Below, in pieces: positions 17,771 to 27,458 of a stretch of DNA of 53,751 bases. The position numbers and the translations under genes were made by a program. Below the pieces are notes generated by a model. The model was not told the origin of the DNA. It was given only the letters and a program-made list of their open reading frames with translations, and ran no database searches. Source of the DNA: Bacilli bacterium (lineage in GTDB: Bacteria > Bacillota_I > Bacilli_A > RF39 > UBA660); assembly GCA_051872765.1 (NCBI GenBank), contig JBJEED010000030.1, forward strand, positions 1 to 53,751, written 5' to 3'. Within the stretch, counting starts at the first letter, position 1, and every line of letters begins with the position of its first letter.

Positions 17771-18469
17771 TTATATTTCTAATTTGTCTTCTATTATTTT
17801 TACAATTTCATTATTTATTTCATTAATAGTTTTAATACTTTTAATATCCTTGTATTTACCATTCACACAATTTATGTAATTCCAATTATATTTATTGCAA
17901 ACATAAAGATATCCTTTTTCTGCATCTTTTAAATGTTTAGAACTTTTTTCATTATCATCAGTACATTCTCTATCTTTTCTAAGCTCAAATGTTGCTTTAT
18001 AAGGCATATGCAAGAAAATAACCAAATCAGGTCTTGGAAGTTCACATAAATCAAATTCTAATGTTTCTATAAAACTAAGTATCTTATCTTTTTCTTCATT
18101 ACTCTTTGCCTTACACGCCTGATGCCCCATATTAGAAGTAGTGTATCTATCAAGTAATATTATATCATTTTTATATAATTCTTTATTTATATTCTTTAAA
18201 AAATTATACCTTCTATCTGCTGCATAATATAAACTACTAACAAGAGGATCTACATTAACACTTGTCTCTTTAAAAAAAGATTCACAAATATCTGTTTTTC
18301 CTAAATAAGGTCCCCCTACTATTCTTCCTGTAGGTGAATCATATACAGGAAATGAAAACTTTTTAACTTTTATATTTTTATGCTTAAAATATTTCATAAG
18401 CATATTACTTTGTGTTTCTTTACCAGAACCATCTGTTCCTTCTATTACTATTATTTTAGCTCTTTTCAT
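17771..18469 (-). CDS. tmk: Thymidylate kinase-family protein
   Basis: IVIEGTDGSGKETQ, SFPVYDS, LYYAADR, LLDRYTTSN, PDLVIFL; operon with thyA and folA. Confidence 0.85.
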   Translation of the reverse strand: MKRAKIIVIEGTDGSGKETQSNMLMKYFKHKNIKVKKFSFPVYDSPTGRIVGGPYLGKTDICESFFKETSVNVDPLVSSLYYAADRRYNFLKNINKELYKNDIILLDRYTTSNMGHQACKAKSNEEKDKILSFIETLEFDLCELPRPDLVIFLHMPYKATFELRKDRECTDDNEKSSKHLKDAEKGYLYVCNKYNWNYINCVNGKYKDIKSIKTINEINNEIVKIIEDKLEI

Positions 18470-18481
18470 ATTAATCTCCCA

Positions 18482-18529
18482 TTAAAAAATAACATGGGCA
18501 AAACATGTTAAATCTATTCTATCTAACAT
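18482..18529 (-). CDS. Putative 15-aa leader peptide MLDRIDLTCFAHVIF
   Basis: SD AGAGGT (18542-18537), 7 nt, ATG; stop TAA ends 2 nt before the tmk SD; spans a terminator-like hairpin. Confidence 0.4.
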   Translation of the reverse strand: MLDRIDLTCFAHVIF

Positions 18530-18661
18530 TAATATTACCTCTATTAATAGATTACCATACTTTAAAAAAAATTAAAATAACTATTTAAAATATTTTTTAT
18601 AAATCTCTTTACCTTGAAGAAAATCATTTATTTTGCTAGAATGTATGTGGATGTGAAAGTT

Positions 18662-19600
18662 ATGGATAATAAACAAAAAACAATAGTATTTAAAGTTAGT
18701 GATAATATTAAAAAACAATTAATAGATTATTATTATGATATGAGATGTGATAAAACTCCGCCTTATGCAGTATTTCAAGTTAAACAATATGATTGTGTTA
18801 TTACTTTATATGAAAGTGGCAAAGTAATGTTTCAAGGAATAGGTGCCGATATAGAGGCTAACATGTGGAAAGATTTAGAAAATCACACTAATAATAGAAA
18901 TATAGATGATGAGATAAAGGCTAAAGAAAAAAAAGAAGAAGATAAAACTTATTATTACTATGATGCCATTGGTAGTGATGAAGTTGGTACTGGAGATTAT
19001 TTTGGTCCAATAATAGTAACGGCTACACTAGTTGATAAAAATACAAGAAAGTTACTTGAAGATTTAAAAATAATGGACTCTAAAAAAATGACAGATGATA
19101 AGATTAGAAGATGTGCACCTATTATAATGAATAAAATTCCATATGTAACATTTACCCTATCAAATTTAAAATACAATGAACTTTCTAATAAAGGTTTTAA
19201 CATGAATAAAATTAAAGCAATATTGCATAATAAGGTTCTATATGAATTATCTAATAAAAATATACCTTATCATAAAATAATAGTAGATCAGTTTACTACA
19301 CCAAGAAGTTATTTTAGTTATTTAAAACAAGAAAATATTAATGAAAAAGTTACTAAAATAACATTCTTGACTAAAGGAGAAAGTAAACACTTAAGTGTAG
19401 CAGCTGCTAGTGTAATAAGCAGATACTTATTCCTAATAGAAATAGATAAATTAAGTGAAAAATATGGCATAACACTACTTAAAGGTGCTAGTGATAAAGT
19501 TGATGACGTTGCAAAAAAAATAGTTTCAAAATATGGAAAAAATGAATTAAGTAAAATTGCTAAAATAAATTTCAAAAATACAGAAAAAATATTATCATAA
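18662..19600 (+). CDS. rnhC: Ribonuclease HIII
   Basis: N-terminal TBP-like domain (YAVFQ, TLYESGKVMFQG), IGSDEVGTGDYFGP, DSKKM, VDQF, KGESKHLSVAAASVISR. Start is uncertain (ORF track gives TTG 18614). Confidence 0.93.
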   Translation: MDNKQKTIVFKVSDNIKKQLIDYYYDMRCDKTPPYAVFQVKQYDCVITLYESGKVMFQGIGADIEANMWKDLENHTNNRNIDDEIKAKEKKEEDKTYYYYDAIGSDEVGTGDYFGPIIVTATLVDKNTRKLLEDLKIMDSKKMTDDKIRRCAPIIMNKIPYVTFTLSNLKYNELSNKGFNMNKIKAILHNKVLYELSNKNIPYHKIIVDQFTTPRSYFSYLKQENINEKVTKITFLTKGESKHLSVAAASVISRYLFLIEIDKLSEKYGITLLKGASDKVDDVAKKIVSKYGKNELSKIAKINFKNTEKILS

Positions 19601-19630
19601 AAAATAAACAGTTTAAACTGTTTATTTTTT
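19599..19630. terminator. Bidirectional terminator (rnhC / MMPL)
   Basis: AAAAAATAAACAG-TTTAAA-CTGTTTATTTTTT. Confidence 0.8.
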
Positions 19631-19638
19631 AATTTAGA

Positions 19639-21882
19639 TTATTTATGAGTTTTTTTAATAATTATTTTATCAAATAGATATAGTATTGCAGGAAGTACAA
19701 ATATAGTTGCTAGAAGTGAAATTAATGTTCCAATTCCTAAAAACAATCCAATTGAAGAAATGATAGATGAAGATGAGATAAATCCTATTAAAAATCCTGC
19801 TATTAATAAGATTAAACCACTTGTAATTACAGCCGGTAATCTATCTTCTAATGTTTTAATAATGGACTCTTTTTTATCATATTTCTCTCTTAATTGTTCA
19901 TAACGACTGGCAATAACAATTGCATAATCAATAGTTGCACCCATTTGAATTGCGCATACAACGATATAAGACATAAAGAATATATTTTTACCTAATAAAG
20001 ATACAATACCAAAATTAATTAAAATACTGCCTTCTATAGTAAGTATCAATAATAATGACATCCACACAGACTTAAATGTAAATAATAAAATAATGGCTAC
20101 AAATAAAATAGTTATTCCTGTAATAATGATATTATCTGATGTAAATGATTCTTCCAAATTAATAGCATTAATAGTATTTCCAACTAAAGTAACATCATCA
20201 TAATAATTTTTTGAAATATTTCTAATATCGTCAATTAAATCATAAGTTTCTTTTGACTCAATAGGAGCATCTAAATTAAGAATAATTCTTGAATATTTAT
20301 CACTTTCAAGTAAAGATCTAGATTCATTTAAATTAATATAATAATTACTTATCATCATTTTTGCTTCTTGAGTAAGTGGTAGATTATTAATATTATTATT
20401 TATAAAGTAAATAAGTGATATGATTGATATTCTATAATCATCTATCTTTACCAATTTTTCTAATTCATTATTTTGATTGGCATAATACTTATATAAACTT
20501 AAAGTTACTTCTGAATCTAAATTAAATATTTTAGATAGTTCTAAATAATTTACTTCACTACTCAAATAAAGCCCATCATTTAATTCATAACTTCCTAAAC
20601 TTGTTATAGATGTTATTTTATCATTTTCTTTTAGTTTATTAACTAATTGTAATTCTCTTGAATAATCTTTATCCTCATTTCTAAGTAATATAACTAACAT
20701 ATTATTACTTCCAAATTCTTCTTCAATATTATTTAATGCTTTAGTATTATTACTTAATCTAAAAGACGATGCAGAAGAAGTATCATAAACATATATATAA
20801 TTTGGTATTAATATAATAGATATAAATACAAATATGATAAATATTGGTAATAAAAATTTTCTAGATTTTAAAATAAATTCACTTAATTTATTTTCTTTTC
20901 TTATCTTTTCTTTTTTCTTAAATCTTATTATTACATTAGTAAATATAGAAAGTAAACTTGGCATAACTAGTATAACAGTTAATAAACTACATAAAATTCC
21001 TTTTGATAATACAATTCCTATATCTCCACCGATTTTAAGTTGCATAAATACAAGAGCCATAAGCCCAGAAATTGTAGTTAAACTACTAGCAAATATCTCC
21101 AAAATTGCTTTTGATACAGTTTTCTTAATAGCTAGCACTTTATCAGTTGTATCATTAATTTCTTTCATGTATTGATTCATAAATATAATTACATAGTCAA
21201 TAGATAAAGCCAGTTGTAAAATAACTGCAATTGCTTTTGTAATATACGATATTTCTCCAAGCAATAAATTACTTCCCATATTTAAAATAATTGAAATAGC
21301 AAAAATTATAAAAGCAATTATTGGTTCGAAATATGTTTCAGATGTTATCAATAAAATTACAATTATAACTACAATTGCAAGAATTAAAGCTAAATTAATA
21401 CCATCAGTAACATCTTCAAATGCATCTGAATATATATCATACTCTTTTTCAGAAACAACATTTTCAATATCCTTTTTTATATCTTCTATCTCATCATCAT
21501 TTAAATCTTTTATTTGAAGAGTATATAGTGCCTTATTATTTTTATAAGAACTTTGTGTACCATCAAATAATACACTATCAATATTATTAATTTTAGATAA
21601 TTCTTTAGATAAATTATTTGCATCATCTATAGATATATTACTAACCATAAGTTTAATAGTATCAAAACTACCAAACTCCCTTTGCATTATATCTATACCT
21701 TTCTTTGTTTCAGTATTATCAGGTAAATAACTTACAATGCTATCATTTATATCAACATTATTAATATTAATAAAACAGAATATAGTTAGCCCTAAAAATA
21801 ATATTAATAAGTGATATCTAAAATTAGTAATAAAGTCCCCAAGTTTAACTAAAAATCCCTTATTATTATTTTTCTTTGTCAT
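19639..21882 (-). CDS. MMPL/RND-family transporter
   Basis: Two repeats of TM, extracellular domain and 5 TMs with SIDYVI and TIDYAI motifs. Confidence 0.9.
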   Translation of the reverse strand: MTKKNNNKGFLVKLGDFITNFRYHLLILFLGLTIFCFININNVDINDSIVSYLPDNTETKKGIDIMQREFGSFDTIKLMVSNISIDDANNLSKELSKINNIDSVLFDGTQSSYKNNKALYTLQIKDLNDDEIEDIKKDIENVVSEKEYDIYSDAFEDVTDGINLALILAIVVIIVILLITSETYFEPIIAFIIFAISIILNMGSNLLLGEISYITKAIAVILQLALSIDYVIIFMNQYMKEINDTTDKVLAIKKTVSKAILEIFASSLTTISGLMALVFMQLKIGGDIGIVLSKGILCSLLTVILVMPSLLSIFTNVIIRFKKKEKIRKENKLSEFILKSRKFLLPIFIIFVFISIILIPNYIYVYDTSSASSFRLSNNTKALNNIEEEFGSNNMLVILLRNEDKDYSRELQLVNKLKENDKITSITSLGSYELNDGLYLSSEVNYLELSKIFNLDSEVTLSLYKYYANQNNELEKLVKIDDYRISIISLIYFINNNINNLPLTQEAKMMISNYYINLNESRSLLESDKYSRIILNLDAPIESKETYDLIDDIRNISKNYYDDVTLVGNTINAINLEESFTSDNIIITGITILFVAIILLFTFKSVWMSLLLILTIEGSILINFGIVSLLGKNIFFMSYIVVCAIQMGATIDYAIVIASRYEQLREKYDKKESIIKTLEDRLPAVITSGLILLIAGFLIGFISSSSIISSIGLFLGIGTLISLLATIFVLPAILYLFDKIIIKKTHK

Positions 21883-21911
21883 AAACCATCCTTTCTATTA
21901 ATCTTATTATT

Positions 21912-22472
21912 TTATCTTTCAAAAAATTTATCAATTTTCTTAATATTTTTCTTAAATACAATCATCTCACAAATATCAGCTATAGAATATACAATTATTA
22001 TTATTCCAACTACTGATGTAATTATTTCAGAAGATGAAATAGGATTAATAATAAATATTAAACCACATATAATAGATAAGATATTAACAATTATTGCTAA
22101 AATCCATAATCCCTCGTCTTCTTGCTTCAATATTTCAACGAATCTTAACTTAGTTACACTACTTGTAATAAACCAAATTCCAAGACAAATAGGAATCAAT
22201 ACCGCAATAGATTTTGGATGAAATAAAATTATTATTCCTAATAATAACAAAAAAGTACCAAGTAAACTAAAACCAGTTGTAAGAATATTATTTTTATTTT
22301 TTATTTCAAATATAATAAAATAGATTCCTGAAATAATAGCTATTATAGAAATACTATATGTGAATATTCCTAATGTAGTTTTAGGAAAAATCATTACAAT
22401 AACACCTAAAATAATAAATAATATAGATGTTATTATGGATAAATTAATATAATAGTTTATCTTCTTTTTCAA
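21912..22472 (-). CDS. HdeD/DUF308-family membrane protein
   Basis: Six TM segments with GxxxIxxP repeats; TTG start after AGGAGG; promoter TTGAAT-17-TATAAT (22544-22516). Confidence 0.85.
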   Translation of the reverse strand: MKKKINYYINLSIITSILFIILGVIVMIFPKTTLGIFTYSISIIAIISGIYFIIFEIKNKNNILTTGFSLLGTFLLLLGIIILFHPKSIAVLIPICLGIWFITSSVTKLRFVEILKQEDEGLWILAIIVNILSIICGLIFIINPISSSEIITSVVGIIIIVYSIADICEMIVFKKNIKKIDKFFER

Positions 22473-22636
22473 TTAAATCTCCTCCTTTTAAGAAAGTTTA
22501 AACTTTCTTAAAATAATTATAGTTTTATATTTATTAAAATTCAATGGACAATATTAGTCATTTGTCTAACAAATTTATATATAATATTTGTCTTATTTAT
22601 TAGATAGTTGTATAATAAACTAAAAAGAGGTTAAAA

Positions 22637-23224
22637 ATGAACAAATATGAAGAGCAATCACTAAATACAAAAAAGAAAATAGCTAATTCTTTAAAAAAAT
22701 TAATGCTTAAAAAGAAATTTAATCAAATATCAATTAACGATATAGTAACTGATTGTAATTTAAACAGAAATAGTTTTTATTATCATTTTGATGACATATA
22801 TAGTCTACTAAAATGGATCTTTGAAATGGATGCGGGAAAAATATTAAAGGAAATAGAAACATCTAAAGATATGAAAAAAGCTATATCTTTAGTAATGCAA
22901 TATATAGATGATAATAGAGATGTTTGTATATGTGCTTATGATTCGCTTGGAAGAGATGAATTAAAAAAATTTTTTATTAATAATTTTGAAATAATAATTA
23001 TAAAATTAATTGATAATGTAATTGAATGTAATAATTATATAATATCAAATGATTTTAAAAATTATATAATATATTCTCACACTGAATTAATCGCTTCACA
23101 TTTAATTAGTTATTTAAAAGGTGACTTTAAAATATCAAAAGAAAAAATTATTAATTATATATTAGTAAATATTTATGCATCGATAGAAACTAGTTTAAAA
23201 ATTGCTTCTGATAATAAATTATAG
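22637..23224 (+). CDS. TetR/AcrR-family transcriptional regulator
   Basis: TKKKIANSLKKL...ISINDIVTDCNLNRNSFYYHFDDIY HTH; divergent from hdeD-MMPL. Confidence 0.93.
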   Translation: MNKYEEQSLNTKKKIANSLKKLMLKKKFNQISINDIVTDCNLNRNSFYYHFDDIYSLLKWIFEMDAGKILKEIETSKDMKKAISLVMQYIDDNRDVCICAYDSLGRDELKKFFINNFEIIIIKLIDNVIECNNYIISNDFKNYIIYSHTELIASHLISYLKGDFKISKEKIINYILVNIYASIETSLKIASDNKL

Positions 23225-23230
23225 TATATT

Positions 23231-23260
23231 AAAAAAGACTTTATAATCAAAGTCTCTTTT
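23231..23260. terminator. Bidirectional terminator (TetR / mutS)
   Basis: AAAAAAGACTTT-ATAATC-AAAGTCTCTTTT. Confidence 0.75.
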
Positions 23261-25787
23261 ATTTTTCACTTAATTTTTTTAACTTGTCTAATAAATTTAT
23301 TGCTTCAATTGGAGTGACTTCATAAGGATTAATTTCTTTCATAAAATCCCTTAACTCATCTTTCTTTGGAAGCTCAAATACTATACCTAGTTGTTCTATT
23401 TTTCTTTCTGACTTAGAATTTGCATTTTCATACATAGTTAATAATTCATTAGCACGATTTATAACTTCATCTGGCAAATCTGCTAATTTAGCTACATTGA
23501 TACCATAACTTTTATCTACACAACCATCCATAACTTTATGTAAAAATATTACATCTCCATCTTTTTCTAATGCTGATACATGTACATTCTTAACATCACT
23601 TAATTTATTTGATAAATCTGTAAGTTCATGATAATGAGTTGAAAACATAGTTTTACATTTAATGTTATTTGAAATATATTCAATTATTGATCCTGCAAGA
23701 CTCATACCATCATAAGTACTAGTACCTCTTCCTAATTCATCAAATAAAATTAAACTATTCTTAGTAGCATTTTTAAGTGCAATCGCACTCTCTTTCATTT
23801 CTACCATAAAGGTACTCTGTCCACCTACTAAATCATCACTAGCTCCTATTCTAGTAAAGATTTTATCAAAAATTGGTATAACACACTTATTTGCAGGAAC
23901 AAAGCATCCAATTTGATTAAGTACTGCAATTATTCCAAACTGTCTCATATAAGTAGATTTACCACTCATATTAGGACCTGTTATTATAAGTATATTTGTA
24001 TCCTTATTAAAGATTATGTCATTATCAATATACTCTCCTTCAATAACACTTTGTACTACAGGATGTCTTCCACCAATAATATTTACTTCATTATCACTTA
24101 TAATTGGTCTTACAAAATTCTTCTCTTCAGATATAGTGGCAAATGATGCTATTACATCTAAATATGCTATTTTATTAGATACTATTTGAAGTGCATGAAT
24201 ATTTTCTTTAATTGTTTCTTTTATTTGACAAAATATGTCATATTCTAAACTATTTAATTTATCCTCTGCATTGAGTATTAAATTCTCTTTTTCCTTTAAT
24301 AGTGGATTAATATATCTTTCACAATTAGATATAGTTTGTTTTCTATCATAACCAAACTCTTCTTTAACAAGAGATACTTGCCCCTTAGGTACCTCTATAT
24401 AATAGCCAAACACTTTATTATAACCAATCTTAAGTCCTTTAATACCAGTTCTTTCTCTTTCTTCTATTTCAAAATTAGAAAGAAAATCTTTACCATTTGT
24501 TTTAATATTTCTTAGTTCATCAATTTGACTATTAAAACCTTCTTTAATTATTCCACCCTCTTTAATACTAAGTGGAACATCTTCTTTAATAGAACTTTCA
24601 AGTAAATTATATAATTCATCAAAAGTTTCTAATAATGGTAAATTTAGAGACTCTAATACTTTATTTATAGAAGGTAATACTTTAATACTATTTTTAAGTT
24701 GTAAAGCATCTCTTGCATTAAGAGTTGAACAAGCAACTTTACCGGTTAATCTCTCTAAATCATATATTTCGTATAAATATTGACATAATTCACTTTTAAG
24801 TAAAAATTCTTTAATTAGTTTTTCTACTAAATCTTGTCTTCTAATTATTTCATATTTATCCACACTTGGACTAATTAAATAACTTTTTAATAATCTACTT
24901 CCCATTGCGGTTTTAGTCTTATCTAAAAAACCAAGTAAACTATTTTGTCTATCTTTATTTCTTATTGTTTCAACTAATTCTAAATTTTTTATGCATTCTT
25001 TATCGAGTTCTAAGAACAATTTACTATCTACTAATTGTAATTTTTGTATATGGCTTAAATCTTGTTTTAAAGCATTTGTTAAATAATTTAAAACAAGTGA
25101 TGCATTCTTTATAATTTTATCTTCATCTATATTTTCAAATATATAATCATTTTGATAGATTGTATCATTATTATATATTGATACTAAAATATTATATATA
25201 TTTTTAATTTTTTGAATTAAATGAGCATCAAAAGTATCATTAACTACAATCTCTTTTATATTAAGATTTACGATTTGACTTATCAATTTATCTTCATCAT
25301 GACTTATATATGTAGATGAAATTTTACCACTTAACAAATCAGCATAAGTAAGAGCATAAACATAACTATAATCTGTAATACTAGCTATATAATTAAAATC
25401 TTTTTCATTAACTATTTCAGGTGCTGTTATTGTACCAGCACTAACTACTTGTATAACTTCTCTTTTAACAATATCTTTCGTAGTTTTAGGATCTTCCATT
25501 TGTTCACATATCGCTACTTTATATCCTTTTTCGATTAATCTTTCTAAATATGTATTAACTGCATGATGTGGTATTCCACACATTGGGATTCTCTCTTCAA
25601 GACCCGCTTGTTTTCCAGTAAGAGTTAATTCTAATTCATGACTAGCTATTAGCGCATCATCAAAAAACATTTCATAGAAATCTCCTAATCTATAAAATAA
25701 AATTATACCTTCATACTCACTTTTAGTTTTAAGGTATTCTCTCATCATTGGACTAACTTTTTTTAAATCTACATCTTTTCTTTCCAT
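23259..25787 (-). CDS. mutS: DNA mismatch repair protein MutS
   Basis: SPMMREY, FYRLGDFYEMF, PMCGIPHH, GGRHPVV, TGPNMSGKSTYMRQ, STFMVEM, DELGRGTST, STHYHEL, SYGINVA; start moved to ATG 25787. Confidence 0.98.
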   Translation of the reverse strand: MERKDVDLKKVSPMMREYLKTKSEYEGIILFYRLGDFYEMFFDDALIASHELELTLTGKQAGLEERIPMCGIPHHAVNTYLERLIEKGYKVAICEQMEDPKTTKDIVKREVIQVVSAGTITAPEIVNEKDFNYIASITDYSYVYALTYADLLSGKISSTYISHDEDKLISQIVNLNIKEIVVNDTFDAHLIQKIKNIYNILVSIYNNDTIYQNDYIFENIDEDKIIKNASLVLNYLTNALKQDLSHIQKLQLVDSKLFLELDKECIKNLELVETIRNKDRQNSLLGFLDKTKTAMGSRLLKSYLISPSVDKYEIIRRQDLVEKLIKEFLLKSELCQYLYEIYDLERLTGKVACSTLNARDALQLKNSIKVLPSINKVLESLNLPLLETFDELYNLLESSIKEDVPLSIKEGGIIKEGFNSQIDELRNIKTNGKDFLSNFEIEERERTGIKGLKIGYNKVFGYYIEVPKGQVSLVKEEFGYDRKQTISNCERYINPLLKEKENLILNAEDKLNSLEYDIFCQIKETIKENIHALQIVSNKIAYLDVIASFATISEEKNFVRPIISDNEVNIIGGRHPVVQSVIEGEYIDNDIIFNKDTNILIITGPNMSGKSTYMRQFGIIAVLNQIGCFVPANKCVIPIFDKIFTRIGASDDLVGGQSTFMVEMKESAIALKNATKNSLILFDELGRGTSTYDGMSLAGSIIEYISNNIKCKTMFSTHYHELTDLSNKLSDVKNVHVSALEKDGDVIFLHKVMDGCVDKSYGINVAKLADLPDEVINRANELLTMYENANSKSERKIEQLGIVFELPKKDELRDFMKEINPYEVTPIEAINLLDKLKKLSEK

Positions 25788-25794
25788 ATAGTTT

Positions 25795-25823
25795 ATTATA
25801 ATTTTTTTAAAATAAAAATTCAA
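25795..25823 (-). promoter_or_regulatory. Sigma-A promoter giving a probably leaderless mutS mRNA
   Basis: TTGAAT (25823-25818), 17 nt, TATAAT (25800-25795), 7 nt, ATG; no SD. The -35 overlaps a 13-bp-arm inverted repeat (about 25815-25851) that probably terminates the AAA gene. Confidence 0.65.
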
Positions 25824-25861
25824 TTATTTTTAACTCTTATAATTGAATTTTAAAATATTTT

Positions 25862-27409
25862 CTAATATGTTATATCATTTTTAGTTATTGTCTTTAATTT
25901 CTTTTTATTTTTTATATTTTTGGTATTACTTGCATGCTTTATAATACTTCTTTCATATACATTTCTTATAAATCTTGCATTACCAAAATTTTTAGTATTT
26001 CTGTTCTCATTAATTAATTTATCTACTACATCTAAAGCATCGCTTTCAAGTTCAAACCCGGCTTTTAAAACCATACCTTTAAATATTTGTATTAACTCTT
26101 CATTTGTATAATCATCAAATTCTAAAGTATATCCTATTCTTGATACTATACCTGAATTTGAATTTAAAAAGTCTTGCATTTCTTTAGTATAGCCTGCAAA
26201 AATAACTATTAAATTATCTCTATAATCTTCCATAGCTTTTATTAATGTTGCTATACACTCTGCATTATATGAATTTGTATTATCTTTAACTGCTAGTGAG
26301 TATGCCTCATCTATAAATAATATTCCACCAATAGCTTTTTCTATTACACTCATCGTTTTAACTGCAGTTTGACCCACATATTCGGCAACTAAATCTTTTG
26401 AACTAACTTCAATTAATTTATTTTGACTAATATATTTTAAATTATATAAAATAGATGCTATTAATCTAGCAACAGTTGTCTTTCCGGTACCAGGATTACC
26501 AAGAAATACCATATGTAAATTAACAGAATTAATTTTAACCTCACCCTTAGTTTTGTCTTTTAATTTAATTAAATCAACTAAATCATTAAGTGTTTTCTTG
26601 ACTTTTTCTAGTCCTACTAAGTCATTTAACTCTTCAAATACTTCCTCAGTAGTTTTATTAATTTCTAATTGTGGTATATCTTTATTAAATGTTATATAAT
26701 CATATAATTTTTCTACATAACTACTAAAAGACAAGTTAGTTTTAGGATAATTATTAGTGATATAATCAAGTAACTTAATATTCTTTTCATCGCTTAGATT
26801 AATTTTATTACATATATAATTATATACATCATTTACACTTGGTGTAATACTAGATAATTTAAAACAAAAATAATTTTCTAACTCATTATCATTAAATAAA
26901 AATTCTTCTAACTCTTCATGTGTACCACTAAGTATAGTTATACTATTACTATTTAACTGCGATTTAAAATTATAAATAAATTTCTTTTTAAAGTTAGTAT
27001 CATTCATATTAAGTGCATTTAATTGACTAAAACAAACTATTCCATTTTTATAAAATTCACTTACATCTTCTTTAACTACACTATATAATGATACTCTACT
27101 AACCTTATCATTTTTAGTATATTTATATTTTAAAGCACTACTTTTAAGTATACTAATAATATCATTAATAGTATTTTCATCTTTGCTTTCAATTAAAATA
27201 TTAAAATTAATATAATTAGTCTCTTTTTTTATATTATAATTTTTCATATATAGAATTATTTTATTTAATAGTTCTTTAGATTCTTCACTAATAAATAAAC
27301 TATCTATATTTATTTCTTCTGTTGACTCTTCTTGTATATCTTCTTTTAACTTAATATCACTTCCAAAAAAATCTTTATAAACATCTTGTAGTATTTTATA
27401 ATTATCCAT
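25862..27409 (-). CDS. SpoVK/CbbX/EccA-clade AAA+ ATPase with a degenerate N-terminal AAA-like module
   Basis: C-terminal LVGLEKVK, HMVFLGNPGTGKTTVAR, YVGQTA, LFIDEAYSL, SRI, FGNARFIRN; the N-terminal half has no Walker A. Confidence 0.9.
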   Translation of the reverse strand: MDNYKILQDVYKDFFGSDIKLKEDIQEESTEEINIDSLFISEESKELLNKIILYMKNYNIKKETNYINFNILIESKDENTINDIISILKSSALKYKYTKNDKVSRVSLYSVVKEDVSEFYKNGIVCFSQLNALNMNDTNFKKKFIYNFKSQLNSNSITILSGTHEELEEFLFNDNELENYFCFKLSSITPSVNDVYNYICNKINLSDEKNIKLLDYITNNYPKTNLSFSSYVEKLYDYITFNKDIPQLEINKTTEEVFEELNDLVGLEKVKKTLNDLVDLIKLKDKTKGEVKINSVNLHMVFLGNPGTGKTTVARLIASILYNLKYISQNKLIEVSSKDLVAEYVGQTAVKTMSVIEKAIGGILFIDEAYSLAVKDNTNSYNAECIATLIKAMEDYRDNLIVIFAGYTKEMQDFLNSNSGIVSRIGYTLEFDDYTNEELIQIFKGMVLKAGFELESDALDVVDKLINENRNTKNFGNARFIRNVYERSIIKHASNTKNIKNKKKLKTITKNDITY

Positions 27410-27425
27410 TTAAAACCTCTCTTTT

Positions 27426-27458
27426 AAAAAATAAAGCATTAGAAACAATGCTTTATTT
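27426..27458 (-). terminator. Intrinsic terminator between telA and the AAA gene
   Basis: AAATAAAGCATT-N6-AATGCTTTATTT hairpin over the telA stop, followed by U residues; only about 16 nt separate it from the AAA start codon. Confidence 0.7.

Noticed and set aside
18490-18510. UGGGCA-containing hairpin as a ZTP or THF riboswitch for thyA/folA
   Set aside because: The motif is on the wrong strand and the rest of either aptamer is absent; treated as an attenuator candidate instead.
4543-19600. Two RNase H genes (rnhB and rnhC)
   Set aside because: HII plus HIII is the normal Bacilli complement.
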